From NCBI RefSeq assembly GCF_964194025.1, contig NC_134471.1, forward strand, positions 56,234,001-56,298,000: a DNA stretch of 64,000 nt, given 5' to 3'. Source of the stretch: Convolutriloba macropyga. Its lineage: Eukaryota. Positions 27,330 to 40,057 of this stretch are shown here, in pieces. The stretch's first letter is position 1. Each line of letters begins with the position of its first letter. The position numbers and the translations under genes were made by a program. The notes below the pieces were generated by a model. The model saw only the letters and a program-made list of their open reading frames with translations, was not told the DNA's origin and did no database searches.

Positions 27330-28750
27330 TCATAACTCTCAAACGAAGTTTGTAGCAATTATATTAGTCCTGCTACTCTTTTTAATACAATTTTTCCTAC
27401 TAACGACTTTTCGTCAGATAGTTTTTTTCCCTTTACCACTTGATGTTTCGTCCTCAAGAACAGGATAAACAGGTCAAACTCGCCGAAGGTCATTAATGCC
27501 GAGCAGTTCCCTTGAACCTTACTCCTTACTAGACTCTAAGAATGGGATTTGCGGAAAAATTATTCAGTATCACCACAAAAGGCACATAAAACAATAAAAG
27601 CTCACGAATGTGTATAAAAAGCAAGTGAAGGTAATTATGAGACAGCATCATCAATTCTAAAATTTGACGTTTTCATTCAGAACTCTGTTTTTCTTTTGGC
27701 TCTTGTTGTCTTTTCCGTTTAAAGCTTTGATAATGTTGAACTTTTGACTGGCCGCATGGGGTCATATCTTCTCCAGAAAAGTCCGAATGCAAGGATGGTT
27801 GCCTTGAAAATGGGACGTAACGCCCAAGCGCCAGCCTTCAACTGCATTTGTAGTTCTTGCAAAGCCTTCAGCTGAATCTTTGTTGTGCTTGCAGAGGGCA
27901 AATGGATATTGGGGTTCTTTATTCAATTTTCTTAACTCGGATGTAAGTTCTCTGAAAGTGAGTGCTCTGAAAGTGCGAAGTTAGCTCTTCTATCATATGC
28001 AAATATTCTGTGTCTATTTTACCAATTTCACATCTTTTATTTCCTCAATTACGAGATCGGAGGAGGCAGATACCAATGTTTCAGGGACAAAACAGAGCAG
28101 GAATCATTCGCAACGTCAATGCTAGTTCTGGGTTGTTTTTTGGTTTCATAAACGTTTAAGCCAAGTTCGCATATATTGTGTTAAAACTTTGGCACAAGTG
28201 AAAATGGCAGTAGAATGACGCCTCAAGATATTCAACAAGTAGAATGACGCCTCAAAACATGTCGTGATAATTTAGCGTCTTGTTTACTTAAATTGGGTCT
28301 AATTGGCTAATTTGTGCTTAATTGCAGACTGATAAATTAAATGTGGGATTGTACGTTTATGGATTATAACTATTAAATTATGGGTATGTTGGCATTGAGT
28401 ATTTTGGTACATTGGTTATTTTAGAAATGGGTATTATGACCTTGGGTATTTTGGTATTGGGTAGATTGTCCTGACACTCTTGAGGAGAGGTAAATTTAAG
28501 GCGAGAAAGGCGGTTCACAATCTTAGAAGTCTGACCCCCTCAGTCAACCACCCCCCCCCCCCCCCTCCCCCTCCCTCCAACGACTAAAATTTATGTTCTA
28601 ACATATACTGAGATAATTGTTGCTAACGCACAAGACCTGACTTCTATGATCGCAGGAACGTTCAGTCGGATTTGTTCACAGGTAGTATTGAAAACTCATG
28701 AAATTTGTTTGCTGGAGTCCGCTCGAGTCTAGCATTAATTCCCGCAGTTA
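27330..28750 (+). mobile_element. Family-A element in inverted orientation, split by a Mutator remnant
   Basis: Terminus ACTCTCAAACGAAGTTTGTAGCAATT at about 27335-27360, and a C-rich tract at 28535-28580 next to the family motif GAAAGGCGGTTC. Confidence 0.55.
27600..28480 (-). mobile_element. Mutator/MULE transposase remnant with a TIR-like end
   Basis: Minus-strand translation gives PELALTLRMIP and GFARTTNAVEGWRLG...NHPCIRTFLEK, matching the MULE signature RTNNxxEGWH...HP. Repetitive ATGGGTATT terminus ending CCTGACACTC at about 28479. Confidence 0.7.
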
Positions 28751-28974
28751 ATATAATCAACCGACACAGAGACGATAATCCCTCATAGCCCTACCTCTTT
28801 TTCATAGGTAAATCAGCCATTGGGCTACTGTTGTACGGTACAATTATTAAATCAAGATAGCTGTTCGATCACCATCGATGTCTTGCAGCTGATGAAGCTT
28901 CAAAATCAACGTCAGCGGGATCTTTACTAAATAAGGTATCATGCTTTGCCATGCAAATCCAGCTTCGGACTAAC

Positions 28975-29116
28975 CTTTAGGGTAGTATTCTAGATTGGGT
29001 CCGAAAGAAACTCCAAGCTCCAACACCACCACTTCGCCATCGGAATTGACTGGGTTCTCCTTCAAGGTAGAGAACAGCTCTATCTTCTTCTCTCGACACG
29101 CAGGAGCAAACATCTT
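28975..29116 (-). CDS. METTL7A: METTL7/TMT1-like copy B, exon 2
   Basis: tgcag/KMFAPACREKKIELF...EVVVLELGVSFGPNLEYYPK g/gttag; 142 nt. Confidence 0.9.
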
Positions 29117-29219
29117 CTGCAGAACAAAATCATAAAGTGTACAGACATGGAATTTAATGAGATTGAAAAAGACAAGAGAAGAGAGATTGCGGCCCAAATA
29201 CAGTCCAAAACTTGAAATT

Positions 29220-32120
29220 AACTAAAATTTAGAGAGCACATGTCCCGAAATTATACTGTTTAGGGCCGAAAATGATACTAACTTTGACGAAGCAGTTTCG
29301 ACTAGAATATCAAAAAAAGGTTACAACTTCAGTGTAACAGTAATTTATAATAAGCCCCGCTCAAACAAGCTTAAGTTCCTTGAAGTCTTTGATGAGTTTC
29401 TGAAAAAATACCAGCAAACTACTACCTCAAATTCAATGCGATTTTCATATAGAAATACTTCAGAAAAAGCAATTTACTCATGATTATTTTGATTCCATCA
29501 GATCAAATGGGTTCGAGATCTTCGACATTAATGCTACGAGAGTATCCAAATTATACAAGTACATGTATTGATAATTTCATGCACCAAAATATTGATGCTC
29601 AAAATAACGAGGTGCTACAATTTCAAAATATTTCCTATCATTATCCGATTCTGTTGAACTGGAACGTTGAATCAGGTACCAAGGACATAACGCAAACTTG
29701 TCGCTATTTATCATTTCTCAAAGATCCGAAATGCAGCAAAAATTACCAGAAGGCATCAAAAAAATGTGCGAAATTCGCTCAAGCTATTCAATGATTCCTT
29801 CCTGGAGATAATAAACGAATTTGCACCTATGAAAACCTCTATAGCTTCGAAGTTTAAAATTCCAAAATGGCTATGCAACAAGATTGAAAACAACACAAAA
29901 AATTGACGCTCATTGCAAATGGAAACAATCAAAACTCTGTTGCTTGGACAAAATCAAGTAACTTAGGAGTAAGTTAGATATACTCATCAAAAAATATAAA
30001 ATGCAGTATTTTTAAAAAACTTTTATTAAATGCGTTGGATACTCAAGACAGACATATAAACTACTCAATGATTTAAGTCGGAAAAGCATTCGTAGTCAAA
30101 ACATTTTCTTCAGCTCCAATGGAAAGGCAAAAATATCAAAGAAAGATTATGCCAATTGATCCAACAAAATCTTTAAAGGATTAGGAAAAATTCCTCATCA
30201 TCCCTTAAAACCGGTAGAGAGTCAAATACAAAGTATGTATCTGTTTGAAACTGATGAGAATGAGCTTATTGTGATCATAAACAGCTTGGATAATAAAACA
30301 TTAGCTGGGGAAGATGAAAATTGCAATGCATTAGTGAAAACGACAAACCAAAATGTAGCGCCATTGTTGACGTATTTAATCAATCTACCATTCAAGAAAC
30401 GAAAATTCTTTGGTGAAATGAAAAAAAAGCAAAAATTTTAACACTGCACATCGAAAGTGATAAAACTGATGAAACAATTACAGACCAATATCTTTATTAG
30501 TAAATTGGAGGAAAATTTTTAACAGAGTGATGTGCAATAGATTATACCATTTCTTTGAGAAGTTCAATTTATTCACCAACAGACGGTTTGATTTTCCCAA
30601 AAAACAAGACAATTGATGCTCTAATTCATCCAAATGAAAAAATACGAACCAATAAACGACTCAATTATAAGTTTTTTGAACCTCAAAAGGGCACTTGACA
30701 CAATAAATAATAATACTTCGTGAAATAAACCAGAATCGTATGGTGTAAAGGGTGATGCAAGAGCTTGGTTTTAGTTATAGCTAACTAAGACACCAAAGTT
30801 GAATTAAATGGTGCTTTTTCCTCTTGGCTACCAATAAATTGCGGGGTTCCTCAAGGATCAATATTGCGTCCACTGTTGTTTATAATCTATATTAATGATC
30901 TAACCTCATGTAGCAAAGCTAGCGAAACTACACTCTTTGACAAGAATATTTGCTTTATAGGACTTACACAAAAAGAAATTCACTCAGAGTTAAACGAAAT
31001 AAGCAATTGGCTGAATTCCAGTAAATTGTGTTTAAACATTACGAAAAAAGTGCAAATGAATACAGGAAATAGTGCTTCCGGATATAGCTATATTGTTAAT
31101 GACTGTCCAATCCCTTCTAGCCTGTGTGTAGATATCTTGGTATGATTTTGGATAGTAAACTTTTGTTTTTTTTCACACGTCGGTTATGTTAAAAAGAGAC
31201 TAGGAAAACAATGCGGGATTATATCTAAGTTAAGACACTATATTCCTAAGAGGCAGTTAATACAAAATTACAAAAAACATTACAAACGATATTAACCATA
31301 TCATCCAATATGGTATTTTGGTTTACGAATGTATATCTTATTCCTCTGTTTCAAAAAAATACCTTCAGAAAAAAATTTTAATTTAGTTATTTTTGCAAAC
31401 GTATGTATCACAGCGAAGATATACTTGTTTCGAAACAAATTCTTACGGTCTATGAACTGCACATCTATGAGCAAATAAATTTTTTCAAAGGTCTTTAAAC
31501 CAATTACATTCTGAAACATTTTTGAATGACCTATTTGTCTTTGAAAAATCAAAAATTCCTAGAAGTGGTACTTGCTGACTTTAAAATGAAACATTTCGTA
31601 AACGTAAAATTGAAAGGTGCTCAGTGAGGTATAGAGCTGCTAACCTGTACAATGTTGTTGCCAGGCAAAACTTTTTTGAGTGCTTAACAGGAAATACAAC
31701 AAATGCGCGCAATTAGCGTATTTTATCATAAATTAAAAGATTTTTATCTACTGAATAACCAAGAATTAGAGAAACATATTTTCAGCTTTTGAGCTAGAAA
31801 ATTTCATTGCCCTTTTCCTGCATGCTAAAGGAGTACCCAGATAGGAATGGCTTCTGTGGAAAATTGAAAAAAATTTTGAACGCTAAAAGCAATGTAGTAC
31901 CACTAGTGACTGGCGATTCTAGCATGATAAAATAGTATGGCACCATACTTTAACAGAAAAACAAGACTTAACCCATTATCCAAAATAAACATTTGTTTTT
32001 TCTTATTTTTTGAAATTTTTGAATAAAATATTAATATAATAAGTGGTTCATTCGAGGGGCAGGAATTAGCGGACAGCTCGGACCGCTCATAGACCCTGTC
32101 CCCTCCGGGTCTCTTAAATT
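29220..32120 (+). mobile_element. Decayed CR1/L2-group LINE (APE-RT) filling intron 1 of METTL7 copy B, antisense to the host gene
   Basis: Remnants VIYNKP and TCIDNF (APE), YRPISLL and GVPQGSILRPLLFIIYINDL (RT). GC-rich 3' stem-loop GAGGGGCAGG...CCTGTCCCCTC at about 32054-32105. Many stops and frameshifts. Confidence 0.8.
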
Positions 32121-32205
32121 AATATATTTATATATTGTTTTGTTAATTATTAACACCAGAGAAATTAATTCTTTCTTTCTTTAGTGTTCTTTTTTCATAA
32201 CTTAC

Positions 32206-32370
32206 TTGGCAACCCGGCATAGCATTGAACTCGAAGACCTTCTGTATTTCTGGGAATACAAGGAAGTAGAAAGACGCAGATCCAACAGCTGCATAGAAGG
32301 CAGTCTGTCTATCAAAACTGTTCACACAATTCAACGCCATGTCTAACACATTCTTCAGTAGAGATTCCAT
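32206..32370 (-). CDS. METTL7A: METTL7/TMT1-like copy B, exon 1; the spliced CDS is 165+142+212+128+148 = 795 nt, 264 aa
   Basis: MESLLKNVLD...RQTAFYAAVGSASFYFLVFPEIQK...MPGCQ then caa/gtaag. All five exons join in frame. Confidence 0.85.
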
Positions 32371-32759
32371 GTTGATTGGTCGGTTTTATTACTAAACCTG
32401 AAATAACCTGCTCATAGTCAGTCACACATTCGAAATAAGAACAGAGCAAAGTAAAGAAATGGGCAAGACAACATTAAGAGCAAATGCAGTCAAATTAGAA
32501 AAATATCAAAAACAATAAGATGATATGATTGGACTTTATCAACGAAAGCAGTAACCGAAAATAATTAATACACGTGATTAATAAACTGATTAACTTGATT
32601 AAATACATTATTTCAAACGTAACGACTACAAAACTATAATACCAGTATCTTGTTTTCTTCACTACTGTCGTACCAGGGGGTGTGGTGTGACCACGGAGGG
32701 TCTCAAACCCCGCCGCCCACCAAAGTACCCACGCGACAGCTCATTTAAGTCACTATTTC

Positions 32760-34017
32760 TTTGGTCAATCAAATTTAGCCGATCGATATATTCGCCATAC
32801 TAGAGAGTTGTGAGTAGTATCAATAGAAAACCTGCGCACAGTTTTTAAATAAAATGTTTTTTGATTTTTTTTCGAGGAATTATCGGGGTTTAAAGTTTTT
32901 GTGAACATCTGATATTTAAAGTGATTTTCACTTTTAGCGTCATTTTTATTCAACTTAAGATCTCTTTTGCCAAATTATTTATTACGCTGATATGGATCAA
33001 ATACGTGTTTTCTATAGACTAGGCAGCAATAGCAAGGCTATCTACAGTCTCATCGTGTTTTTTTTCAATCAAAATGATTCGGATTGTATTGCGGAACTGC
33101 ATATTTAAAAAAAACTGTTCAAACTCTGTTTTCTTTGTCACGTCAATTATGGACAAGTAAGTTATCAAATCAAGGTTCCAACTATTAAGGAGAGATCCAA
33201 TTTACGTTCAAATGAGGCTCAACAAACAAATATTATGTTTTCAAAGGGTAGCTCATGGTTTTAGTGGCTTTGACACTTCGTTAACTTCTGATGAATTTTT
33301 TCGTTTTTTCTTTTTTTTTGTTGTTTTACCATTCTCATGACTAAATCTCATTAATTCACAATCGAATTGGCTTCCTAAGGAAGTATTACTGAGTCTGGTT
33401 ATTGTTTTCAGTTAATAGATAATGGCTCCTATGACTTTTGAATTAATTTGTTTTCGAAAGTATTGGTTAATTTTGATCTCTGCTCCTTTTTAATTTCAAT
33501 TCTTTCAAATATTTAACTATGTGTCCTTAATGAAAGGTTCCATACTTTCTCTATTGGAACAATATAAATGTTTAGCGTGTTTTCTAAAATAATTGTTTTA
33601 TGAGTTTGTTACTTCTTCTGCAATATTTGCACGTATTTGCTGTCACATTATCACATTTATGAAAGGTCGAATTGCCGTTGAAAGAAGGCCTAATTGTACA
33701 CATATAATGATTTAAGTTAGATTGAATTTAATGGCTTCAACAATTTGTTTTGGTAAACTGGTTGTGAATTTGTTTCTATTGTATTTATTGTCATTTTGTG
33801 GTCTTACGTCTTAGTTTCACTATCGAAAAGTCGCAATCACTTCCTAAGAAGCTAGAAAAAAGCGAACACAAAATTTCAGAAACTCTGTACTAAAGTTTGC
33901 TAATTGTTACCCAAAAACCATTATTTATATACTGTGAAACTTAGTATTGGGGTAAGACTTAATAGACAAAGCGGGGTTCGGACATGTGCAAAACCTTGAT
34001 TACCGAGTTTCCTTGTT
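32760..34017 (+). mobile_element. Diverged family-B copy in the opposite orientation
   Basis: Ends ...CCGAGTTTCCTTGTT (34003-34017). GAGTTGTGAGTAGTATCA (about 32805) is the reverse complement of the family motif TGATACCACTCACAACTC. Confidence 0.6.
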
Positions 34018-34989
34018 GCACTTTAAAGGAGTTTTTTCATTGGAATGGATGATTGCTGGGTCAACAAATTTAAGCAATTGCTCCTCTTACTAGCATTCAT
34101 TTCATTCCGCCCTAACCCTCAGCACCCTAAGGATAATAGCAGTTTGTTGGTCTTTTAAGTTAATTAATTCGAAGAGAAAACAATAAAAATGGGAAAAACT
34201 TGAAAAATCATCCTTCATTATCTAATTGGTGAAAACAAAATGGTCATACATTGTTTCGAATTCCACCCTTAGAGGGCATAAAATGGTTTTTTCCACGACG
34301 CCTCGAGTCTACATGATCCACAATATTATTCGAGCACGAGCTAAAGAAACATGGTAGTGTGGTACTTCACGGCACAACTGTTGGCCATAAATGGCATTGA
34401 TTAGGTTGTTTACTTCACCAATAATTTTTTACTCTCATCCTTACGAGTGAAAATAACAGTTCCCGTGACAAAATAGTTCCTAGCTTGAAAATTTCGAAAT
34501 TATCAATGATCTATATCGAAGGTCCGAAGGAAACAAAAAATGATTAATAAGATGTCAGGTGATTTTCCATTTAAACAGATTGCCACTCAAAAATTGTTGA
34601 AAGTTAATAAAGTTAACAAACCGTTCACAAAACAAACCTGATAAGAGCTCTTTGTTTGCTCTCTCCACTATGCCAATTTAATTCAACTGACAAAAATTTG
34701 CAGTTTCTTCGCTCTTGTCAATTCTCTGTACTTGATAATAGTCTATTGTATTTGAAAGTTGCCGCAAGCATTGTTCATTGTTTAAATTCAATTTTCCACT
34801 CTGCTGGCCAGATGTCATTTGAATAGCCACTGACCAGAAAATGACTTGACTCCAAATTGCTTCTTGACCGACCATTCATAACAAGATTAATAATTACTTA
34901 TTCTCATTTATTCATTAACAGGTGAATAGGAATGTTGAGAATTTACTTTTTCAAGCAATGAAACGATTGACAGCTTTTTCAGCCATGAA

Positions 34990-35700
34990 ACAACTAATTC
35001 ACATTTGACTCTAGGGCTGATGGGGGCAGGGGCAACAGCGGGATGGGGGTCTTAGTCTGCACAGGGGCCCTTACGGCCTGAACGATGCAATGTGCAGGGG
35101 TGGGGATTGGCGAGGGGGTGGGTGAAATGAGGGGGGATGTTGCGGGGAATCGATTTTGGCGTTTTTCTGCTTTGTTGGGGGGGGGGGTCAATTTCTCAAG
35201 AACCGCTCTTCACAACATAAGTATAGGTCTCCAAAACAGTTTCTGTGAATCGCACACCCAGAGATTAGTGAGCTGAAAGGCTCCAAGAGAAATTTATGCC
35301 CGCTCGGTGCTACCTGTTTATCCTGTTTTTGAGGACGAAAAGTCAAATGAGTCAGACAAAAAAATCGCATAAAAAGACCAACAGGACTAATATAATTGCC
35401 ACAAAATTCTTTTAAGAGCAATTAATAATAGCATCGATTATCGATGCAAGTCAACTGTGTTTTGACTGGCTATTGAGTTGCCTGACGTCCACGTTAATCA
35501 GAAGTGAGCGTGACGTTGTAAGTGAAGTGAGCGTGACGAATAGTGAAAAAGTTAAAATGCCGCATGTGACCAAAAATGTCCTGCGAGCTCTAGTTTATCC
35601 CGTTTTCGAGGAAAAAAAGTCAAATGGGTCACACAAAAAACCGCAATAAAAAGGGCACAGGACTTATATAATTGCTACAAACTTCGTTTGAGAGCAAAAA
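34990..35700 (-). mobile_element. Family-A elements (G-rich body plus two hairpin termini)
   Basis: G-rich tract 35013-35187. Termini AATTGCCACAAAATTCTTTTAAGAGCAATT (about 35394-35423) and AATTGCTACAAACTTCGTTTGAGAGC (about 35670-35695). Confidence 0.65.
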
Positions 35701-38700
35701 ACAGACTTCGAACAAAAATTCATGAAAAGAAAGGTTTTTCTTCTCATTGTTAGGAAGTCTTGAATTGATTTAAACATACAAAATGTGAATCTACCCTCAA
35801 ATATCCCTCAGTTAGAGTGAGATAAACTTATTTGACATAAGATCATCTCATTAAACTAAAAAAGTTAACTTCAGTACTGAAAATTTTATTTCGAGGAAGC
35901 TAAATCAAGTGATCAAAAAATTATTCACGAAAAATGAGAACAAAAAAACTCGCCCCAATAATAGTTAAACAAAGCAGGAAAACGCCGAAATCGATTCAAA
36001 GCAAAAGTTGCCATCAACCGCAGCAAACCTCTAAAAGTTAAGTTGATAGGCAAAAGCGGAGGAAGTAAAGAAAAAAAATCTGATTTTTTTAAATCCTCCA
36101 AAAGTGGCGAATCCAACAATTTCTCTCGAAAGATTTCTCTGACTTTGTTTTCATTCAACCAATGATTTACAAATTGATTAAAAAAATTCAACGGAAATCA
36201 TTTACCGAGATTTAACGAACAAGAAAAACAAAAAAGGATCGAAATCCGTTAACTTTTGTCAAAAACTTCTGAAAAATTTGCAAAGCTCCAGCAATATCTT
36301 CGGACACTTTGTAGTATGGCTTTTTCATCAAAACAAAACTAAGTTGATACCAACCGAATCAAAACGGGATCATCAAAACCACATCTGCAACCAATGAACT
36401 CCAGATATAGATTAGAGATTTGTAAGAACAAAACCAAAACTGCAAAAAGACTCACAGTAACAAATTGAATGACAAAAGCTCAGAACTCCACCAAGTTTAC
36501 TTTAGTCCAGAATGGTCAAAAGTGGTGCCAAACGTACCAATAGGTTTTCAAATCAGTAAAAACCAGATAATTTTAAGTTCAAACAATAAAAAAACTTTTA
36601 AAAATGCCTCATGTTAACAAAAAATGTTCCCTTGGCAACAAATTTTTTCACATAAACATTTCTAGCTCCATAAAAAAACTCAGCATGAATAAAAAACAAC
36701 TTCTTTTCGCTATACTTCAAAATTGTTCAGAAATTTGACCTGAACAATTAGTTTTCATGTAACGTATTGACTTTAACCTACTGTTTCAAGTACCTTCCAG
36801 AAAATTATAGAGCTGAAAAAGGCTCTAGTCGTAAACATAACTTCGGTAACTAAAACTGAATTAATGAATGAACAAAACGCCGATTTGAAGTGATCGTGAC
36901 GTTGTAAGGTCGCATCAGAAATCTTGAAGTAATAATAATGCCAAGATAACGCCAATAATAACCTCACACAAAACTTTCAAAAGCATTTCTGAAAAACTCA
37001 AGTAAAAACATACCCAGCAGAAGGGCGGAAAATAGCCGCCGTTGATTCCCATAACCACGATTGGGATTGAAAGTAGAGAAAAAAATGGAAAAATGATTTT
37101 TGTAGAACAATATAAAAGTTCAAATTATTTTGATGTCATTCCGTTGCTGAACAGACTCCTCTTTCACAGTGAGAGAAAACAGCGTTTAGTATCATTACCA
37201 ATGAGCTTTAGAGATGGTAACAAATAAGAACCAAGTTCGAGTTACGGGTATCAAACTGGGCTTTATGGGTTATCCCGTTTCTTTCTGATTTCGTTTTTTG
37301 ATGCTGACTCCGTTCATTTTGAACTGCTTTAATGAGCAACTGCTGTCCAAAAACACTTATAGCAGAATGATAGAAGAGGGAAACTAGCCTAGAGAAGTCT
37401 AAAAGATTTCACGCGAAATGTTGAACAAGCTGTGAACTAAGGAAAATCGAAAAAACTTTATTCGACAAAGTAAAAAAACATAGCAGGACAAGTCCTGACG
37501 TACCATTCAAAGAATTGTCATTGACTAAGCAGAAATATAGACCTAGAACGGACTATGAATGAATAGTGAAAACCATTTCCAAAAAAAATCTGATCAAAAT
37601 AAAAAAACAGAAAATCAAAGTTAAAATGCCGCATGTGAACAAAAAAATCACTAACGAGAAAAGAAAAATTTGGTTCATACAAAAAACCTAGCCGTAGAAT
37701 GAACTATGAATGGATTGGGAAAACCATTAAGAAAAAAATTCAATCCAAAAAATTGAAAAAAAAACATGCACAAAAAATCAAGAGCCAGAAAGCGAGTTTT
37801 TGTTCAAACACCGTTTTCTCACTCTACTTTAAAATTAGAGTGAAAAAACGTCACGCCGCAAAACCACTCGCTTTTTCGCTCCACTTCCTGTTTCGGTGTG
37901 ACCAAAATCACTACTCCAAATTGACTTGAAAAATCATGAAAATGTGTAAACAGATCTTCAAAAAAGACAGAACACCAATACAATTCAAATTCTTTGAATT
38001 GTAAAAAAGGAGCGCTATAATAGCCAGCTGAGAAGCTGAGGCGGCTATTAAAAAAGAATTTAAGAAAAAATCGCGAGTATCATAAAAATTGTTCAAAAGC
38101 CATTTTCTTTCCTTGAAATCAGTTTCTTAAAATTTTCACGTCACAAAGTCACTCAAACTTTTGCTTCAGCTCCTGTTAGGGCGAGACAAAATCTCCACTC
38201 AAAAATCGCTCACGAAAATCGTTGACAAAATTTCTAAAATTAGCTGCAGACACCAGAAGAAAACTCGGCCAAAGAAACCAGCTTTCTACACCAATAATCA
38301 ATGAACACAATTTCTGTCTCATCACTGAATTCGGCACAAAATAAAAAAAGATTCCAAACGTTCTCGTTGCGAAACAATTCTAAAATCTGAGGATAGATAC
38401 ATTAAAGTTTGAGGTCACTAAAAAACTTTCACTTAATGATAAAGAGCCGTCAACATAACAGCTGTTAAAAGACTAGCCCTACTGCAAAATGTAAATCAAA
38501 AATAGACTTTTTTAAGTGAAGCATTTTCCTTGCCTTTGCTTGAGAACAAAGTAGGCGATATCAAAACTCCAATTTCTGTCGTAATAGATCAGGAAGCTGG
38601 TTAAAATGCAGCAAAGTTTACACGATTAAAATTGGCTGTTATTAAAGTCGACAGGCGATATAATTTAGAACATTTCTTTTGACTTTTATTGTAATCGAGG

Positions 38701-39179
38701 CATAATAATCAGATTTTTGATAGGTATTGAGCCCACTTACGAAGAAAACAGATAGAAGTTTCCAAGTCTGGCATAAAAATTCTAAAGGGATTTTACTTGA
38801 GTGTCGGAAAAGCTTCCATCTGCATTTTTTCAGTAAGCTAAAAGAAATAAAGAGAAGCCTCCAAAACTCTATGGACTATTAGTCTTCGAAAACAGGTAGT
38901 TTACCATAAACTGCATTTTGAACTTTGGCTTTTATCAAGCAGTTTATTTTCTGCGAATGCTGCTTGAGGGCTATCGTTGTACTTCTAAGATACAGTCGGT
39001 CAACATGCTCAAAAATAGTACTCCACTTAAAGAAAAATTCCACGCGGTCAAAACATGAATTTTATTTCCACATCAACCACGATTGCAAATTAAGGATGAA
39101 GCGAATTATTGACAACAAAATGACAAATTAATTGAGTTTTAATGTCAACTATTTCGCTTCGACTCAAACGATGTTGTCT

Positions 39180-39533
39180 CTACAAAGGTCGACCTCGACC
39201 AAATCCACCAGGTTTGGCTGGTGCTGCCGGAGGAGCAGCTTGTGCACTCTGCTGGGCTTTCATCAGGGTTGCTGGAACCACCTCTTGTGGAAGGTTCAAT
39301 CGTTCTCGGAGAAACTCAATACCTTCGTTGGTCAGGAACCAGTAATAATGTCTCCAGGCGAATTGTTCTTTGACGAATCCTCGTGACTTCAGGGACTCCA
39401 TGCACTTGATGACGTACAAGTTGGGAATTTTCAGTTCTGGGTGCATCGAGATCTCGCACTTCTTAGCGCAGAGGACGCCATCCTTGAATAGAGCATTGTG
39501 GATTTCCCGAATGGTTTTAGTTGGCATATACAT
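39180..39533 (-). CDS. RPS10: 40S ribosomal protein S10 (eS10), 117 aa, intronless CDS
   Basis: [11 protein letters not shown]...[59 protein letters not shown]...GFGRGR is the diagnostic eS10 sequence. Start placed at MYMP (39533), after the tttcag acceptor. Confidence 0.97.
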   Translation of the reverse strand: MYMPTKTIREIHNALFKDGVLCAKKCEISMHPELKIPNLYVIKCMESLKSRGFVKEQFAWRHYYWFLTNEGIEFLRERLNLPQEVVPATLMKAQQSAQAAPPAAPAKPGGFGRGRPL

Positions 39534-39630
39534 CTTGACCAGCCAAATCTGAAATTGATACAAATATTAAACCTTTAGCTTTTCCTTTTAATACATTCAT
39601 TATATCCTTGTCAGTTACTGCATGTGAGCG

Positions 39631-39636
39631 TTTATT
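39631..39636 (-). terminator. Candidate polyadenylation signal (AATAAA) for MOB1
   Basis: AATAAA on the minus strand, about 420 nt after the MOB1 stop and about 80 nt before the RPS10 acceptor. Confidence 0.35.
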
Positions 39637-40057
39637 CCGATCAGTTCCCTAAATGATTGCTTTCAATTGTGTGCTTGAAATCTACCAAACTCTAGCTCCT
39701 GAGAGCTTAAAAAAGAACAATCGTAAAAAAACAGAGGTAATCTACTTAAATTAGGTTTTACAGTTGAGCATATTGTTATCAAAACCGCATTTGAATAAAT
39801 TTTCCGTATCGCCAATTTAGAATGTAGAAACTAAGTATGAAACCGGTTGGCATGAAAACAGGCTGATAGAGAAGACAGTGAAGACCACAAACTATTTTAT
39901 GAAACCGATGAACCAACTGCCGCATGAAATATTGCAATTATAAAACTCCAGTGTCAAAGGCAGCCTTGCTTCAGAAAGCATATTATTGAAATCGAAGTCA
40001 TAATTCAAATCAAATTGTAGAAAAGAAAATAAGAAGTTCAACAAAGATGATAAGCGA

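Noticed and set aside
32660-32745. tRNA or SINE-like GC-rich patch (B-box-like GGTTTGAGACC on the minus strand)
   Set aside because: No cloverleaf or A box; more likely a tiny MITE remnant, and too weak to call.
39534-39563. ORF-track N-terminal extension of RPS10 ([10 protein letters not shown])
   Set aside because: It starts at TTG and spans the tttcag acceptor; homology begins at MYMP.
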